From the NCBI GenBank assembly GCA_038087875.1, contig CM075991.1:1612001-1676000 (forward strand): DNA of 64,000 bases, given 5' to 3'. The stretch is from Malacoraja senta. Taxonomy: Eukaryota. Numbering within the stretch: the stretch's first letter is position 1; the number at the start of each line of letters is the position of its first letter. Position numbers and translations under genes: made by a program. Of the stretch, positions 26,101 through 38,600 are shown piece by piece. Under the pieces are notes generated by a model. It made no database searches and was not told the DNA's origin. It saw only the letters and a program-made list of their open reading frames with translations.

Positions 26101-26988
26101 TCTATATAATTAAAACTCTGATCTTGACCACTTCCTGTTGCACTGCATATTGATTTTAGAAAAAGAAAAACCACTTACGCCTTTGATTTTTGGCCATCTT
26201 ACTCAGAGTCTCCCTCCGCTGCGCAGGACAAGAGGATTTTACCCATCGATGAAAAATAAAAGATTTATTAATGTTTAAAAAATGTTGAGATTCTCTCTCC
26301 TGTCATTCACGCCATGAAGGCCAGGCCCCTTCTGGTGGGAGGGGGAGGGACTATAAAACCCAGAAGTGTGGAGGTGCCTCAGTTCTCTGCAAGATGGGGA
26401 GGGAGAAGTCACGACTCTCAATCTGAGCTGTGAATAACATGGAACACATGTCTACTAAACTGTGAGTGGTTATACTGACATGTGAGGGCCCTTAATGTGG
26501 GTTGAAAATGTGGATTGAAAATGCAAAAGTTGCCTTTGGTTTGAAAATGCTAAAGTGTGTTTTGGTTTGAAAATGCCAAAGTGTGTTTTGGTTTGAAAAT
26601 GCTAAAGTATGGTTTGGTTTGAAAATGCTAAAGTGTGGTTTGGTTTGAAAATGCTAAAGTTGCCTTTGGTTTGAAAATGCTCAAGTTGCCTTTGGTTTGA
26701 AAATGCTCAAGTTGCCTTTGGTTTGAAAATGCTAAAGTTGCCTTTGGTTTGAAAGTGCTAAAGTTGCCTTTGGTTTGAAAATGCTACAGTTGCCTTTGGT
26801 TTGAAAATGCTCATGTTGCCTTTGGTTTGAAAAGGCTACAGTTGCCTTCGGTTTGAAAATGCTACAGTTGCCTTTGGATTGAAAATGCAAAAGTTGCCTT
26901 TGGGTTGAAAATGCTAAAGTGGCCTTATTGAAAAGTGGTGTTGCCTTATTGAAAAGTGGTGTTGCCTAATTGAAAAGTGGTGTTGCCT
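26101..26988 (+). mobile_element. Helitron-like 5' portion with internal 26-bp and 21-bp tandem repeats
   Basis: Starts TCTATATAATTAAAACTCTGATCTTG, matching the 5' ends of the minus-strand chain. (GCTAAAGTTGCCTTTGGTTTGAAAAT)n at ~26500-26920. Confidence 0.65.
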
Positions 26989-27523
26989 TCTATATAATTA
27001 AAAGTCTAATCTTGACCACTTCCTGTTTGCGCTATATATTGATCTTAGAAAAAACGCTACCACATACGGCTGTGATTTTTGGAAAATAAAAGTGTTATTA
27101 GTGTTTAACAAATGTTGAGATTCTCTCTCCTGTCAATCACGCCACGAGGGCCACGCCCCTTCCGGTGGGAGGGAGGGACTACAAAACCCGGAAGTGTGGG
27201 CGTGGCTCAGTCTCTGCAAGGTGGGGGAGGGAGAGGTCACAACTCTCTGTCTTTGTTGTCCTTGCACCCTGCTTGAAGTGGTAGGAAACTGCACTTGAAT
27301 TTGGTGGCCTTGCAGCCTGCTTGAAGTGGCATGACGCTGCACTTGAATTTGGGGGCCTTGCACCCTGCTTAAAGTGGCATGATGCTGCACTTGAATTTGG
27401 TGGCCTCGCACCCTGCTTGAAGTTGCATGACGCTGCACTTGAATTTGGTGGCCTTGCGCCCTGCTTGAAGTGGCATGACGCTGCACTTGAATTTGGTGGC
27501 CTTGCACCCTGCTTGAAATGGAA
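26989..27523 (+). mobile_element. Second Helitron-like 5' portion with an internal 48-bp tandem repeat (27261-27523)
   Basis: Starts TCTATATAATTAAAAGTCTAATCTTG and is homologous to 26101-26420. Unit CTTGCACCCTGCTTGAAGTGGCATGACGCTGCACTTGAATTTGGTGGC. Confidence 0.65.
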
Positions 27524-27664
27524 TCAGAAAGGTAGCTCCTCTGAATAATGTTGCAACGAGGCCTCCCCTTGGGTAACCCATAACCTATAAATTATAACGT
27601 TCGGGAGGTAATCAGTACATCTGAACGTCTTTCTGTGCGCGGGACCACGTCATTCGCGGAGAGT

Positions 27665-30178
27665 ATGTTGGAGGCATTTAACACTTTCGAGAGAGTAATC
27701 TACTTTATTATTACTGTTCTTGGGGTTCTCGGTAAGTGGATGTAAGCGATGTATATTCAGCGATGTATATTCAGAATCGCCTTCACACTTGGTTCAGTTT
27801 ATTAAACGGAAGATCCGCTGCTCCGACAGTTGGCTTTACTAAATCATTGTGAACAATGTAAAAATAACTTAGATTTATAAACCAGGAAAACATTTGTCAT
27901 TGGGAACTATACAGAACACAGCGATGGTAGATTGTAATACATCTTCATTTAATTGTTTTTCGTTATAAAGGTATGGAGTGTGAAGCACCGAGATTTATAT
28001 TTTGATCACACAATGATTGTCAGTTACGGATTTGATGGAATGCTAATTCGTACATTGCACAGTGAATAAATTGAGACGAAGTTTAAACCCTCCCATTACT
28101 CTCCCATTCCTATTTAATAAAGACCGATTGCTTTAAAGTGGGCCATAACTCGCTGCTTTTGCTTTTGTTATTTGGCCAGTGCGCGTCCCGTGTCATTTAC
28201 ATTAATTTCTATTCTGCCTTCGAGTGACTCAGAAAGTCAAGGCAACTTCACGATCAAGGAAGCGAAATGGCAACGTGCAGTTTCTGTAATCGGTGGTTTA
28301 GGAAAAGGGGAGATGCAACGAGACCTGGGTGTCATGGTACACCAGTCATTGAAAGTAGGCATGCAGGTGCAGCAGGCAGTGAAGAAAGCGAATGGTATGT
28401 TAGCATTCATAGCAAAAGGATTTGAGTATAGGAGCAGGGAGGTTCTACTGCAGTTGTACAGGGTCTTGGTGAGACCACACCTGGAGTATTGCGTACAGGT
28501 TTGGTCTCCAAATCTGAGGAAAGACATTCTTGCCATAGAGGAAGTACAGAGAAGGTTCACCAGACTGATTCCTGGGATGTCAGGACATTCATATGAAGAA
28601 AGACTGAATAGACTCGGCTTGTACTCGCTAGAATTTAGAAGATTGAGGGGGGATCTTATAGAAACTTACAAAATTCTTAAGGGGTTGGAGAGGCTAGATG
28701 CAGGAAGATTGTTCCCGATGTTGGGGAAGTCCAGAATAAGCGGTCACAGTTTAAGGATAAAGGGGAAATCCTTTAGGACCGAGATGAGAAAAACATTTTT
28801 CACACAGAGAGTGGTGAATCTCTGGAATTCTCTGCCACAGAAGGTAGTTGAGGCCAGTTCATTTGCTATATTTAAGAGGGAGTTAGATGTGGCCCTTGTG
28901 GCTAAAGGGTTCAATGGGTATGGAGAGAAGGCAGGTACAGGATACTGAGTTGGATGATTAGCCATGATCATATTGAATGGCGGTGCAGGCTCGAAGGGCC
29001 GAATGGCCTACTCCTGCACCTATTTTCTATGTATCTATGTATGTAGGTCCGTACACTGATCACAATTACATTCATTTTGTCGAGTTCTACAATGCGTTGG
29101 CGATACAAATATGTATTCAAATGTTCCGAATCATTGCGAGCGTCACAGAGATATACTGCACGAAAAACTCATCCCTGTCCACCAAAAAGCCCCATGGAAG
29201 CTTGCCACTAATTGCCCTCGTTTAGTCCATATCTTCTGATTTGATCTCAGGCAAGCTAGAAGCGTTGTAACTAATATGCAATCCGTTTCCTTATTTACAG
29301 TGAATTTGGTTGCAATCGCCATCCTGTCCCGGGGAAAGTGCGGTCTGTCCACTTGCACAACTCGCTATTTGATCGTGATGGCGGCGGCGGACCTTCTGGC
29401 AGTCGTCACCGCCGTCATTCTGAGACGGATCAGTTTTTACTTCTCCGGATCTTTTCTCGATATCTACCCGTACTGCAACGTAATATTCGTCCTTATGTGC
29501 GCCACCAGAGACTGTTCGGTCTGGTTTACCGTCATGTTCACTTTTGATCGCTTTGTCCTCATTTGTTGCCAGAGGCTGAAACCAAAATATTGCACCGTAA
29601 AAACTGCGCTTGTGGTTCTGGGGTTCAAAAAACGTTCCTCTCTATTTCATCTTTAAACCAAGAGTGATCATTAATAACGTTCCGTGGTTCTGTGATGCAA
29701 AACCAGCGTATTATCGGGATCCAGTATGGGTGGAATATGGCCGGTTGGATAAGATAGTCGTTCCATTACTCCCTTTCGCTGTGATCGTGCTCTTCAATAT
29801 TCTGACAGTCAGGCACATTTTATTGGCGAGTCGCGTTCGTAAGGCACTGAGGGGTCAAGGACATGTGGGGAATCAGAATGATCCAGATATGGAGAGCAGA
29901 AGGAGGTCTATAATTCTGCTTTTCACTATATCTGGCAGTTTCATACTTCTGTGGATAACAACTGTTGTGGATTATTTATATTATAACGTTGCAGGAAAAA
30001 ATCCCAATTATTACAACCCCCCTGAATATATATTTGGTCAGTTCGGGTACATACCACAGAACCTCAGCCTTTGTACCAACACTTTTATTTATGGAGTGAC
30101 TCAGCCAAGTTCAGAATGGAGTTTGTGAACATGGTGAAGTATCCAGTGGAGGCAATTATTGGAATGATTAAAAAATAA
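27665..30178 (+). pseudogene. GPR139/GPR142-like GPCR paralogue, frameshifted (exon 1 27665-27731, exon 2 29301-30178)
   Basis: Exon 1 MLEAFNTFERVIYFIITVLGVL followed by G|GTAAGT; acceptor TTTACAG at 29300; TFDRFVLIC and CTNTFIY. Deletion/frameshift in TM4 near 29620 and a second frameshift near 30105. Confidence 0.85.
28293..29044 (+). mobile_element. 5'-truncated CR1 in the GPCR pseudogene intron
   Basis: CR1 C-terminal peptide nearly identical to the 1757-2890 ORF, with 3'UTR and tail. Confidence 0.92.
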
Positions 30179-31094
30179 AGCAATTGGATGAGCAGGGGGA
30201 AAAGGTCAGGGAACCAAGGTAAGTAGCCGCCTGCTGAACTACACGAGTGATTGACCTCTATACAAAAAGATTGCCAGTGTCGATCGACGACATTGGTTAA
30301 GACCGGGCAGTAGTTTCTGTTGAAACTGTCAGAAGGAACTCATTGGAAGTGACGGATTCGTTATAGTCACATCGCGTCGAACCATCCTTTTGCTGCTTTC
30401 CACAGCAACCATCCACATTAGAACAACGCAATACCTGCCCTCACTTCATCTTTAAGCATCCCAATCCGATACATCGTTTGTGTGTGGTCTCTTCGCAGGT
30501 GTTGCCTGACCCTCTGAGTTTCTCGTGCAGTTTGCTATTCGCTCATGACTCCAGTTTGTGCGGTGTAGAGTATCTCCTTTGCATTCGATTTCTGTACAGT
30601 AACCTCACTCGCACTTTTCTGAATTGTATCAATGATATTTTGGTCAGTTCGCCAACCAAGCTCCAGTCGTAACGACTTTTTGGTCCTATTAAGAATATGT
30701 AATATTCACTATTTCATTTCTGTTCCGGGTTTTCACGTGTGGTTTTTATCTGACGATTCGGAACACGATGAGCTCATTGCATTCCTTCCACTCTACCATT
30801 TTAACCAGCAGTCGCTGCATTTCGCAAGCCATCGAATTCACTTCATCAAACAATCCTTTCCACGGTCTTAGCACCGATTCTAAATAACATACTACCTTCA
30901 GAATGGCGTTTACTAAGTGTGAACACATGGACCGCACTCAAGGACGTTACGGAATATACACTTCAACGTGCATCAATGATGCTTTGTTTCGTCCATGCCG
31001 AGGGCTGAGATATGGATTGGCGACTTCAGCCAGAGTGCAATGCGTTTAATGTTTAAACTCGAGACAACTGTGTGATCTTGGGCGCACTGATTAC

Positions 31095-31097
<3 letters not shown>

Positions 31098-31139
<42 letters not shown>
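31098..31139. repeat. (AG)n microsatellite
   Basis: Direct reading. Confidence 0.98.
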
Positions 31140-31142
<3 letters not shown>

Positions 31143-31561
31143 TAAGTGTTTAGGTTTTTAGCCACCCCGAGATGTTAACTTTGTGAATGAGAGGACAACG
31201 GTGATAATCCAAAGCACCTATGCCTGCTGTTTAAAAAAAAAATCAATTATTGTTATGGAAACACAAAAATAAAATGCAAACCAAAATATTCATTTTTGAT
31301 TTGTACCTGCAACATTTTAGAAGCTTGGATTTGTCCCATCTTCATACTGGAATCTCCATGACCATATAGACGTCATTGTTCTTGAATTCTGAAATGCTGC
31401 AAATATATTCCACTGGTTCTTTCCAATGGCTTTGATTTAATTGCCCAATGGTTTCATGTTAAGCTATTTTCACGTCTGTGGGTTTTATTGTATTCCCAAA
31501 ATATTGCAGAGCCACATCACCGATAACCGTCGAAATGCTGACCTCTAATTTCATTCCAACA

Positions 31562-32600
31562 CTAGAATAAGTAGGACCCATTGGGTCCCATGTTTACGCA
31601 GGAGGGCTGGACCCCCAAGGCAATATTCCACCTTTCTACCAATTCCTATATTCGTGGCCAGTGGGGGGGGGGGGGGCTTTCTGGAGCGCTAGTATGGGTG
31701 TTGTGGGCCGAAGGGACTGGTTTCCAGAGGGCTAGTATGTAAATTGTGGGCCAAAAAGGATACTTGGGCTGGCAGCTCAGTCACTCAGGCCTGGTTCACT
31801 GGCAGCTCAGTCACTCAGGCCTGGTGGGCTGGCAACTCAGTCACTCAGGCCTGGTGGGCTGGCAGCTCAGTTACTCAAGCCTGGCGGGCTGAAGCTCAGT
31901 CACTCAGGCCTGCTGGGCTGGCAGCTCAGTCGCTCAGGCCTGGTGGGCTTGCAGCTCAGTCACTCAGGCCTGGTAAACTGGCAGCTCAGTCACTCAGGCC
32001 TGGTGGGCTGGCAGCTCAGTCACACAGGCCTGTTGGGCTGGCAGCTCAGTGACCCAGGGCTGGTGGGCTGGCAACTCAGTCACTCAGGCCTGGTGGGCTG
32101 GCTGCTCAGTCACTCAGGTCTGGTGGACTGGCAGTTCAGTCACTCAGGCCTGGTGGGCTGGCAGAGCAGTCACTCAGGACTGGTGGGCTGGCAGCTCAGA
32201 AACTGCCAGAAATTCTGCCCAAAACAGGTTAGAGACTCTGTGAGAGATGACAGCAGATCACAGCAGTAAAGGAATAAAGTCGATCCTGGTCTGGATCTCA
32301 CAGGGAGCCAATGAAGGGATAGAGAAAAATACTGGGGTGAGGTTTAGTACTTACAGGGGGAATACTTAGTGATGGGCCGATGGGGCTCCTCCCGGGCTAG
32401 TACAGGCCTGATGGGCCGAAGGGACCGTTTAAAAAAAAGTGAGATCTCAGTGAAAGGCACTTTTTCGGGACATTTCCTGGCCTGTCATGGGGCCTATTGG
32501 GCCAAAATGCTCCTCCTGTGCTAATACGGGCATTTTGGGAAAGGCGACTGGTTTCTGGGCTAATAGGGGCCTTGTGGGCCAACACGAGTGGTTTCAGGTA
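31562..32600 (-). mobile_element. Helitron-like 3' portion running into the 41-bp satellite
   Basis: CTAG at 31562-31565 flanked by T on the minus strand, with hairpin GGACCC-ATT-GGGTCC at 31574-31588 as in the other copies. Confidence 0.65.
31766..32198. repeat. 30-bp minisatellite (GGGCTGGCAGCTCAGTCACTCAGGCCTGGT), about 14 copies
   Basis: Direct reading. Confidence 0.95.
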
Positions 32601-35600
32601 GGCCAAACAGCTCATTACATTTCCCTTTCAAGCACAGTGCAAGGACAACAACTCATTTTATTTCCCTTTCCAGCACAGTGCAAGCCCAACAACTCATTTC
32701 ATTTCCATTTCAACTTCAGTGCATGGCCAACAACGCATTTCATTTCCATTTCAAGCTCAGTGCAAGGCCAACAACTCATTTTATTTCAATTTCAAGTACA
32801 ATGGAAGGTCAACAACTCATTTCATGTCCGTTTCAAGCACAGTGCAAGGCCAACAACTCATTTCATTTCCATTTCAAGCACAGTGCAAGGCCAACAACAC
32901 ATTTAATTTCCATTTCAAGCACAGTGCCAGGCCAACAACCCATTTCATTTCCATTTCAACCAGTGCATGGCCAACAACGCATTTCATTTCCATTTCAAGC
33001 TCAGTGGAAGGTAAACAACTCATTTTATTTCAATTTCAAGCACTGTGCAAGGCCAACAACTCATTTTGTTTCCATTTCAAGCTCAGTGCAAGGCCAACAA
33101 CTCATTTCATTTCCATTTCAAGTTCAGTGCAAGGCCAACAATTCATTTCATTTCCATTTGAATCTCAGTGCAAGGCCAACAACTCATCTCATTTCCATTT
33201 CAGGCACAGTGCCAGGCCAACAACGCGTTTCACACCCCTTTCAAGCACATTGCAAGTCCAACAACTCATTTTAATTCAATTTCAAGCACAGTGCAAGACC
33301 AACAACTCATGTTATTTCAATTCCAAGCACAATGCATGGCCAATAACTCCTTTCATTTCCATTTCAACCACAGTGCAAGGCCAACAACTCATTTATTTCC
33401 ATTTCAAGCACAGTGCAAGGCCATCAACATATAATTTCCATTTCAAGCACAGTGCAAGTCCAACAACTCATTTCAATTCCATTTCAAGCACAGTGCCAGG
33501 CCAACAATTCGTTTCGTTTCCATTTCAAGCACAATGCAAGGCCAATAACTCATTTCATTTCCATTTCAACCAGTGCAAGGCCAACAACTCATGTCAAGCC
33601 CAGTGCAAGGCCACCAACTCATTTAATTTCCATTTCAAGTACAATGCAAGGCCAATAACTAATTACATTCCCATTTCAAGCACAGTGCAAGGCCAACAAC
33701 TCATTTAATTTCAATTTCAAGCCCAGTGCAAGGTCAACAACTCATTGAATTTCAATTTCAAGCACTGTGCAAGGCCAACAACTCATTTCATTTCCATTTC
33801 AACCAGTGCAAGGCCAACAACTCATGTCAAGCCCAGTGCAAGGCCAACAACTCATTTAATTTCAATTTCAAGCACGGTGCAAGGCCACCAACTCATTTAA
33901 TTTCCATTTCAAGTACAATGCAAGGCCAATAACTCATTACATTCCCATTTCAAGCACAATGCAAGGCCAACAACTCATTTAATTTCAATTTCAAGCCCAG
34001 TGCAAGGCCAACAACTCATTGAATTTCAATTTCAAGCACTGTGCAAGGCCAACAACTCATTTCATTTCCATTTCAAGCACAGTGCAAGGCCAAATTCTCA
34101 TTTCATTTCCATTTAATCTTCAGTGCAAGGCCAATAACTCATTTCATTTCCATTTCAAGCACAGTGCAATGCCAAAAACTCATTTCATTTCCATTTCAAC
34201 CACAGTGCAAGGCCAACAACTCATTTCATTTCCATTTCAAGCTCAGTGCAATACCATCAATTCATGTAATTTCCATTTCAAGCACAGTGCAAGGCCAACA
34301 ACTCATTTCAATTCCATTTCAAGTATAGTGCGAAGCCAACAACTCATTTCCATTTCAAGCACAGTGCAAGGCCAACAACTCGTTTCATTTCCATTTCAAC
34401 TTCAGTGCAAGGCCAACAACTCAATCCAAGCCCAGTGCAAGGCCAACAACTAATTTACTTTCAATTTCAATAACAGTGCAAGGCCAACAACTCATTTAAT
34501 TTTCATTTCAAGCACAATGCAAGGCCACAACTCATTTCATTTCCATTTCAAGCTCCGTGAAGGACAACAACTCATTTGTTTCCCTTTCAAGCACAGTGCA
34601 AGGCCAACAGCTCATTTCATTTCCATTTCAAGCTCAGTGGAAGACTAAAAACTCGTTTCATTTCCATTTCAAGCACAGTGCAAGGCCAACAACTAATTTC
34701 ATTTCCATTTCAAGCACAGTGCAAGGCCAACAACTCATTGCATTTCCATTTCAAGCACAGTGCCAGGCCAACAACTCATTTCATTTCCATTTCAAGCACA
34801 GTGGAAGGCCAACAACTCATTTCATTTCCATTTCAACTTCAGTGCAAGGCCAACAACTAATTTAATTTCCATTTAAAGCTCAGTGCAAGGTCAACAACTC
34901 ATTTTATTTCAATTTCAAGCACAGTGCAAGACCAACAACTCATTTCATTTCCATTTCAAGCACAGTGCAAGGCCAACAACTCATTGCATTTCCATTTCAA
35001 GTTCAGTGCAAGGCCAACAACTCATTTCATTTCCATTTCACGCTCAGTGCAAGGCCAACAACACATTTGTTTCCCTTTCAAGCACAGCGCAAGGCCAACA
35101 ACTCTTTCATTTCCATTTCAAGCACAGCGCAAGGCCAACAACTCTTTCATTTCCATTTCAAGCACAGTGCAAGGTCAACAACTCATTTCATTTCCATTTC
35201 AAGCTCAGTGGAAGGTAAACAACTCATTTTATTTCAATTTCAAGCACTGTGCAAGGCCAACAACTCATTTTGTTTCCATTTCAAGCTCAGTGCAAGACCA
35301 ACAACTCACTTCATTTCCATTTCAAGTTCAGTGCAAGGCCAACAATTCATTTCATTTCCATTTCAATCTCAGTGCAAGGCCAACAACTCATTTCATTTCC
35401 ATTTCAAGCACAGTGCCAGGCCAACAACGCATTTCACACCCCTTTCAAGCACATTGCAAGGCCACCAACTCATTTTAATTCAATTTCAAGCACAGTGCAA
35501 GACCAACAACTAATCTAATTTCAATTTCAAGCACAATGCATGGCCAATAACTCCTTTCATTTCCATTTCAAGCCCAGTGCAAGGCCCACAACTCATTTCA

Positions 35601-38600
35601 TTTCCATTTCAACCACAGTGCAAGGCCAACAACTCATTTCATTTCCATTTCATGCACAGTGCAAGGCCATCAACATATAATTTCCATTTCAAGCACAGTG
35701 CAAGTCCAACAACTCACTTCAATTCCATTTCAAGCACAGTGCCAGGCCAACAACTCATTTCATTTCGATTTCAAGCACAATGCAAGGCCAATAACTCATT
35801 TCATTTCCATTTCAACTTCAGCGCAAGGCCAACAACTCATGTCAAGCCCAGTGCAAGGCCAACAACTCATTTAATTTCAATTTCAAGCACAGTGCAAGGC
35901 CACCAACTCATTTAAGTTCCATTTCAAGCACAATGCAAGGCCAATAACTCATTACATTTCCATTTCAAGGACAGTGCAAGGCCAACAACTCATTTAATTT
36001 CAATTTCAAGCCCAGTGCAAGCCCATCAACTCATTTAAATTTCAAGCACTGTGCAAGGCCAACAACTCATTTCATTTCCATTTCAAGCACAGTGTAAGGC
36101 CAACAACTCATTTCATTTCCATTTCATCTTCAGTGCAAGGCCAACAACTCATTTCATTTCCATTTCAAGCACAATGCAAGGCCAATAACTCATTTCATTT
36201 CCATTTCAACTTCAGTGCAAGGCCAACAACTCATGTCAAGCCCAGTGCAAGGCCAACAACTCATTTAATTTCAATTTCAAGCACAGTGCAAGGCCACCAA
36301 CTCATTTAAGTTCCATTTCAAGCACAATGCAAGGCCAACAACTCTTTCATTTCCATTTCAAGCACAGCACAAGGTCAACAAATCATTTCATTTCCATTTC
36401 AAGCACAGTGCCAGGCCAACAACTCATTTCATTTCCATTTCAAGTACAGTGCAAGGCCAACAACTCATTTTATTTCCATTAGAAGCACAGTGCAAGGCCA
36501 ACAACTCATTTCAATTCCATTTCAAGCATAGTGCCAGTCCAACAACTCATGTCATTTTCATTTCAAGCACAGTGCAGGGCCAACAACTCATTTCATTTCC
36601 ATTTCAACTTCAGTGCAAGGCCAACAACTCATTCCAAGCCCAGTGCAAGGCCAACAACTCATTTAATTTCAATTTCAATAACAGTTGAAGGCCAACAACT
36701 CATTTCATTTCCATTTCAAGCTCAGTGAAGGCCAACAACTCATTTGTTTCCCTTTCAAGCACAGTGCAAGGCCATAAACTCATTTCATTTCCTTTTCAAG
36801 TACAATGCAAGGCCAACAACTCATTTCATTTCCCTTTCAAGCACAGTGCAAGGCCAACAACTCATTTCATTTCCATTTCAAGCACAGTGCCAGGCCAACA
36901 ACTCATGTCATTTTCATTTCAAGCACAGTGCAAGGCCAACAACTAATTTCATTTCCATTTCAACTTCAGTGCAAGGCCAACAACCCATTTTATTTCCATT
37001 TTTATAGCTCAGTGCAAGGGCAACAACTCATTTCATTTCCATTTCCAGCTCAGTGCAAGGCCAACAACTCATTTTATTTCCATTTCAAGCACAGTGCAAG
37101 GCCAACAACTCATTTTATTTCCATTTCAAGCGTAGTGCCAAGACAACAACTCATTTCATTTACATTTCAAGTACAGTGCAAGGCCAACTGCTCATAAATT
37201 TCAATTTCAAACACAGTGCAAGGCCAACAACTCATTTCAATTCCATTTCAAGCGTAGTGCCAAGCCAACAACTTGTCTCATTTTCATTTCAAGTACAGTG
37301 CAAGGCCAACTGCTCATTTTATTTCCATTTCAAGCACAGTGCAAGGCCAACAACATTGCATTTCCATTTCAAGTTCAGTGCAAGGCCAACAACTCATCTA
37401 ATTTCAATTTCAAGCACAATGCATGGCCAATAACTCCTTTCATTTCCATTTCAAGCACAGTGGAAGTCCAACTACTCATTTCATTTCCATTTCAACCACA
37501 GTGCAAGGCCAAGAACTCATTTCATTTCCATTTCAAGCACAGTGCAAGGCCATGAACATATAATTTCCATTTCAAGCACAGTGCAAGTCCAACAACTCAT
37601 TTCAATTACATTTCAAGCACAGTGCCAGGGCAACAACTCGTTTCATTTCCATTTCAAGCACAATGCAAGGCCAATAACTCATTTCATTTCCATTTCAACA
37701 TCAGTGCAAGGCCAACAACTCACTTCAAGCCCAGTGCAAGGCCAACAACTCATTTAATTTCAATTTCAAGCACAGTGCAAGGCCACCAACTCATTTAATT
37801 TCCATTTCAAGCAAAATGCAAGGCCAATAACTCATTCCATTTCAAGTTCAAGCACAGTGCAAGGCCAACAACTCATTTAATTTCAATTTCAAGCCCAGTG
37901 CAAGGCCAACAACTCATTTAATTTCAACTTCAAGCACTGTGCAAGGCCAACAACTCATTTCATTTCCATTTCAAGCACAGTGCAAGGCCAACAACTCATT
38001 TCATTTCCATTTCATCTTCAGTGCGAGGCCAATAATTCATTTCATTTCCATTTCAAGCACAGTGCAAGGCCAAAAACTCATTTCATTTCCATTTCAACCA
38101 CAGTGCAAGGCCAACAACCCATTTCATTTCCATTTCAAGCTCAGTGCAATGCCATCAATTCATATAATTTCCATTTCAAGCACAGTGCAAGGCCAACAAC
38201 TCATTTCAATTGCATTTCAAGTATCGTGCCAGGCCAACAACTCATTTCCATTTCAAGCACAGTGCAAGGCCAACAACTCATTTCATTTCCATTTCAACTT
38301 CAGTGCAAGGCCAACAACTCATTCCAAGCCCAGGCCAAGGCCAACAACTCATTTAATTTCAATTTCAAGCCCAGTGCAAGGCCAACAACTCATTAATTTC
38401 AATTTCAAGCACTGTGCAAGGCCAACAACTCATTTAATTTCAATTTCAATAACAGTGCAAGGACAACAACTCATTTAATTTTCATTTCAAGCACAATGCA
38501 AGGCCAACTGCTCATTTTATTTCCATTTCAAGCACAGTGCAAGGCCAACAACATTGCATTTCCATTTCAAGTTCAGTGCAAGGCCAACAACTCATCTAAT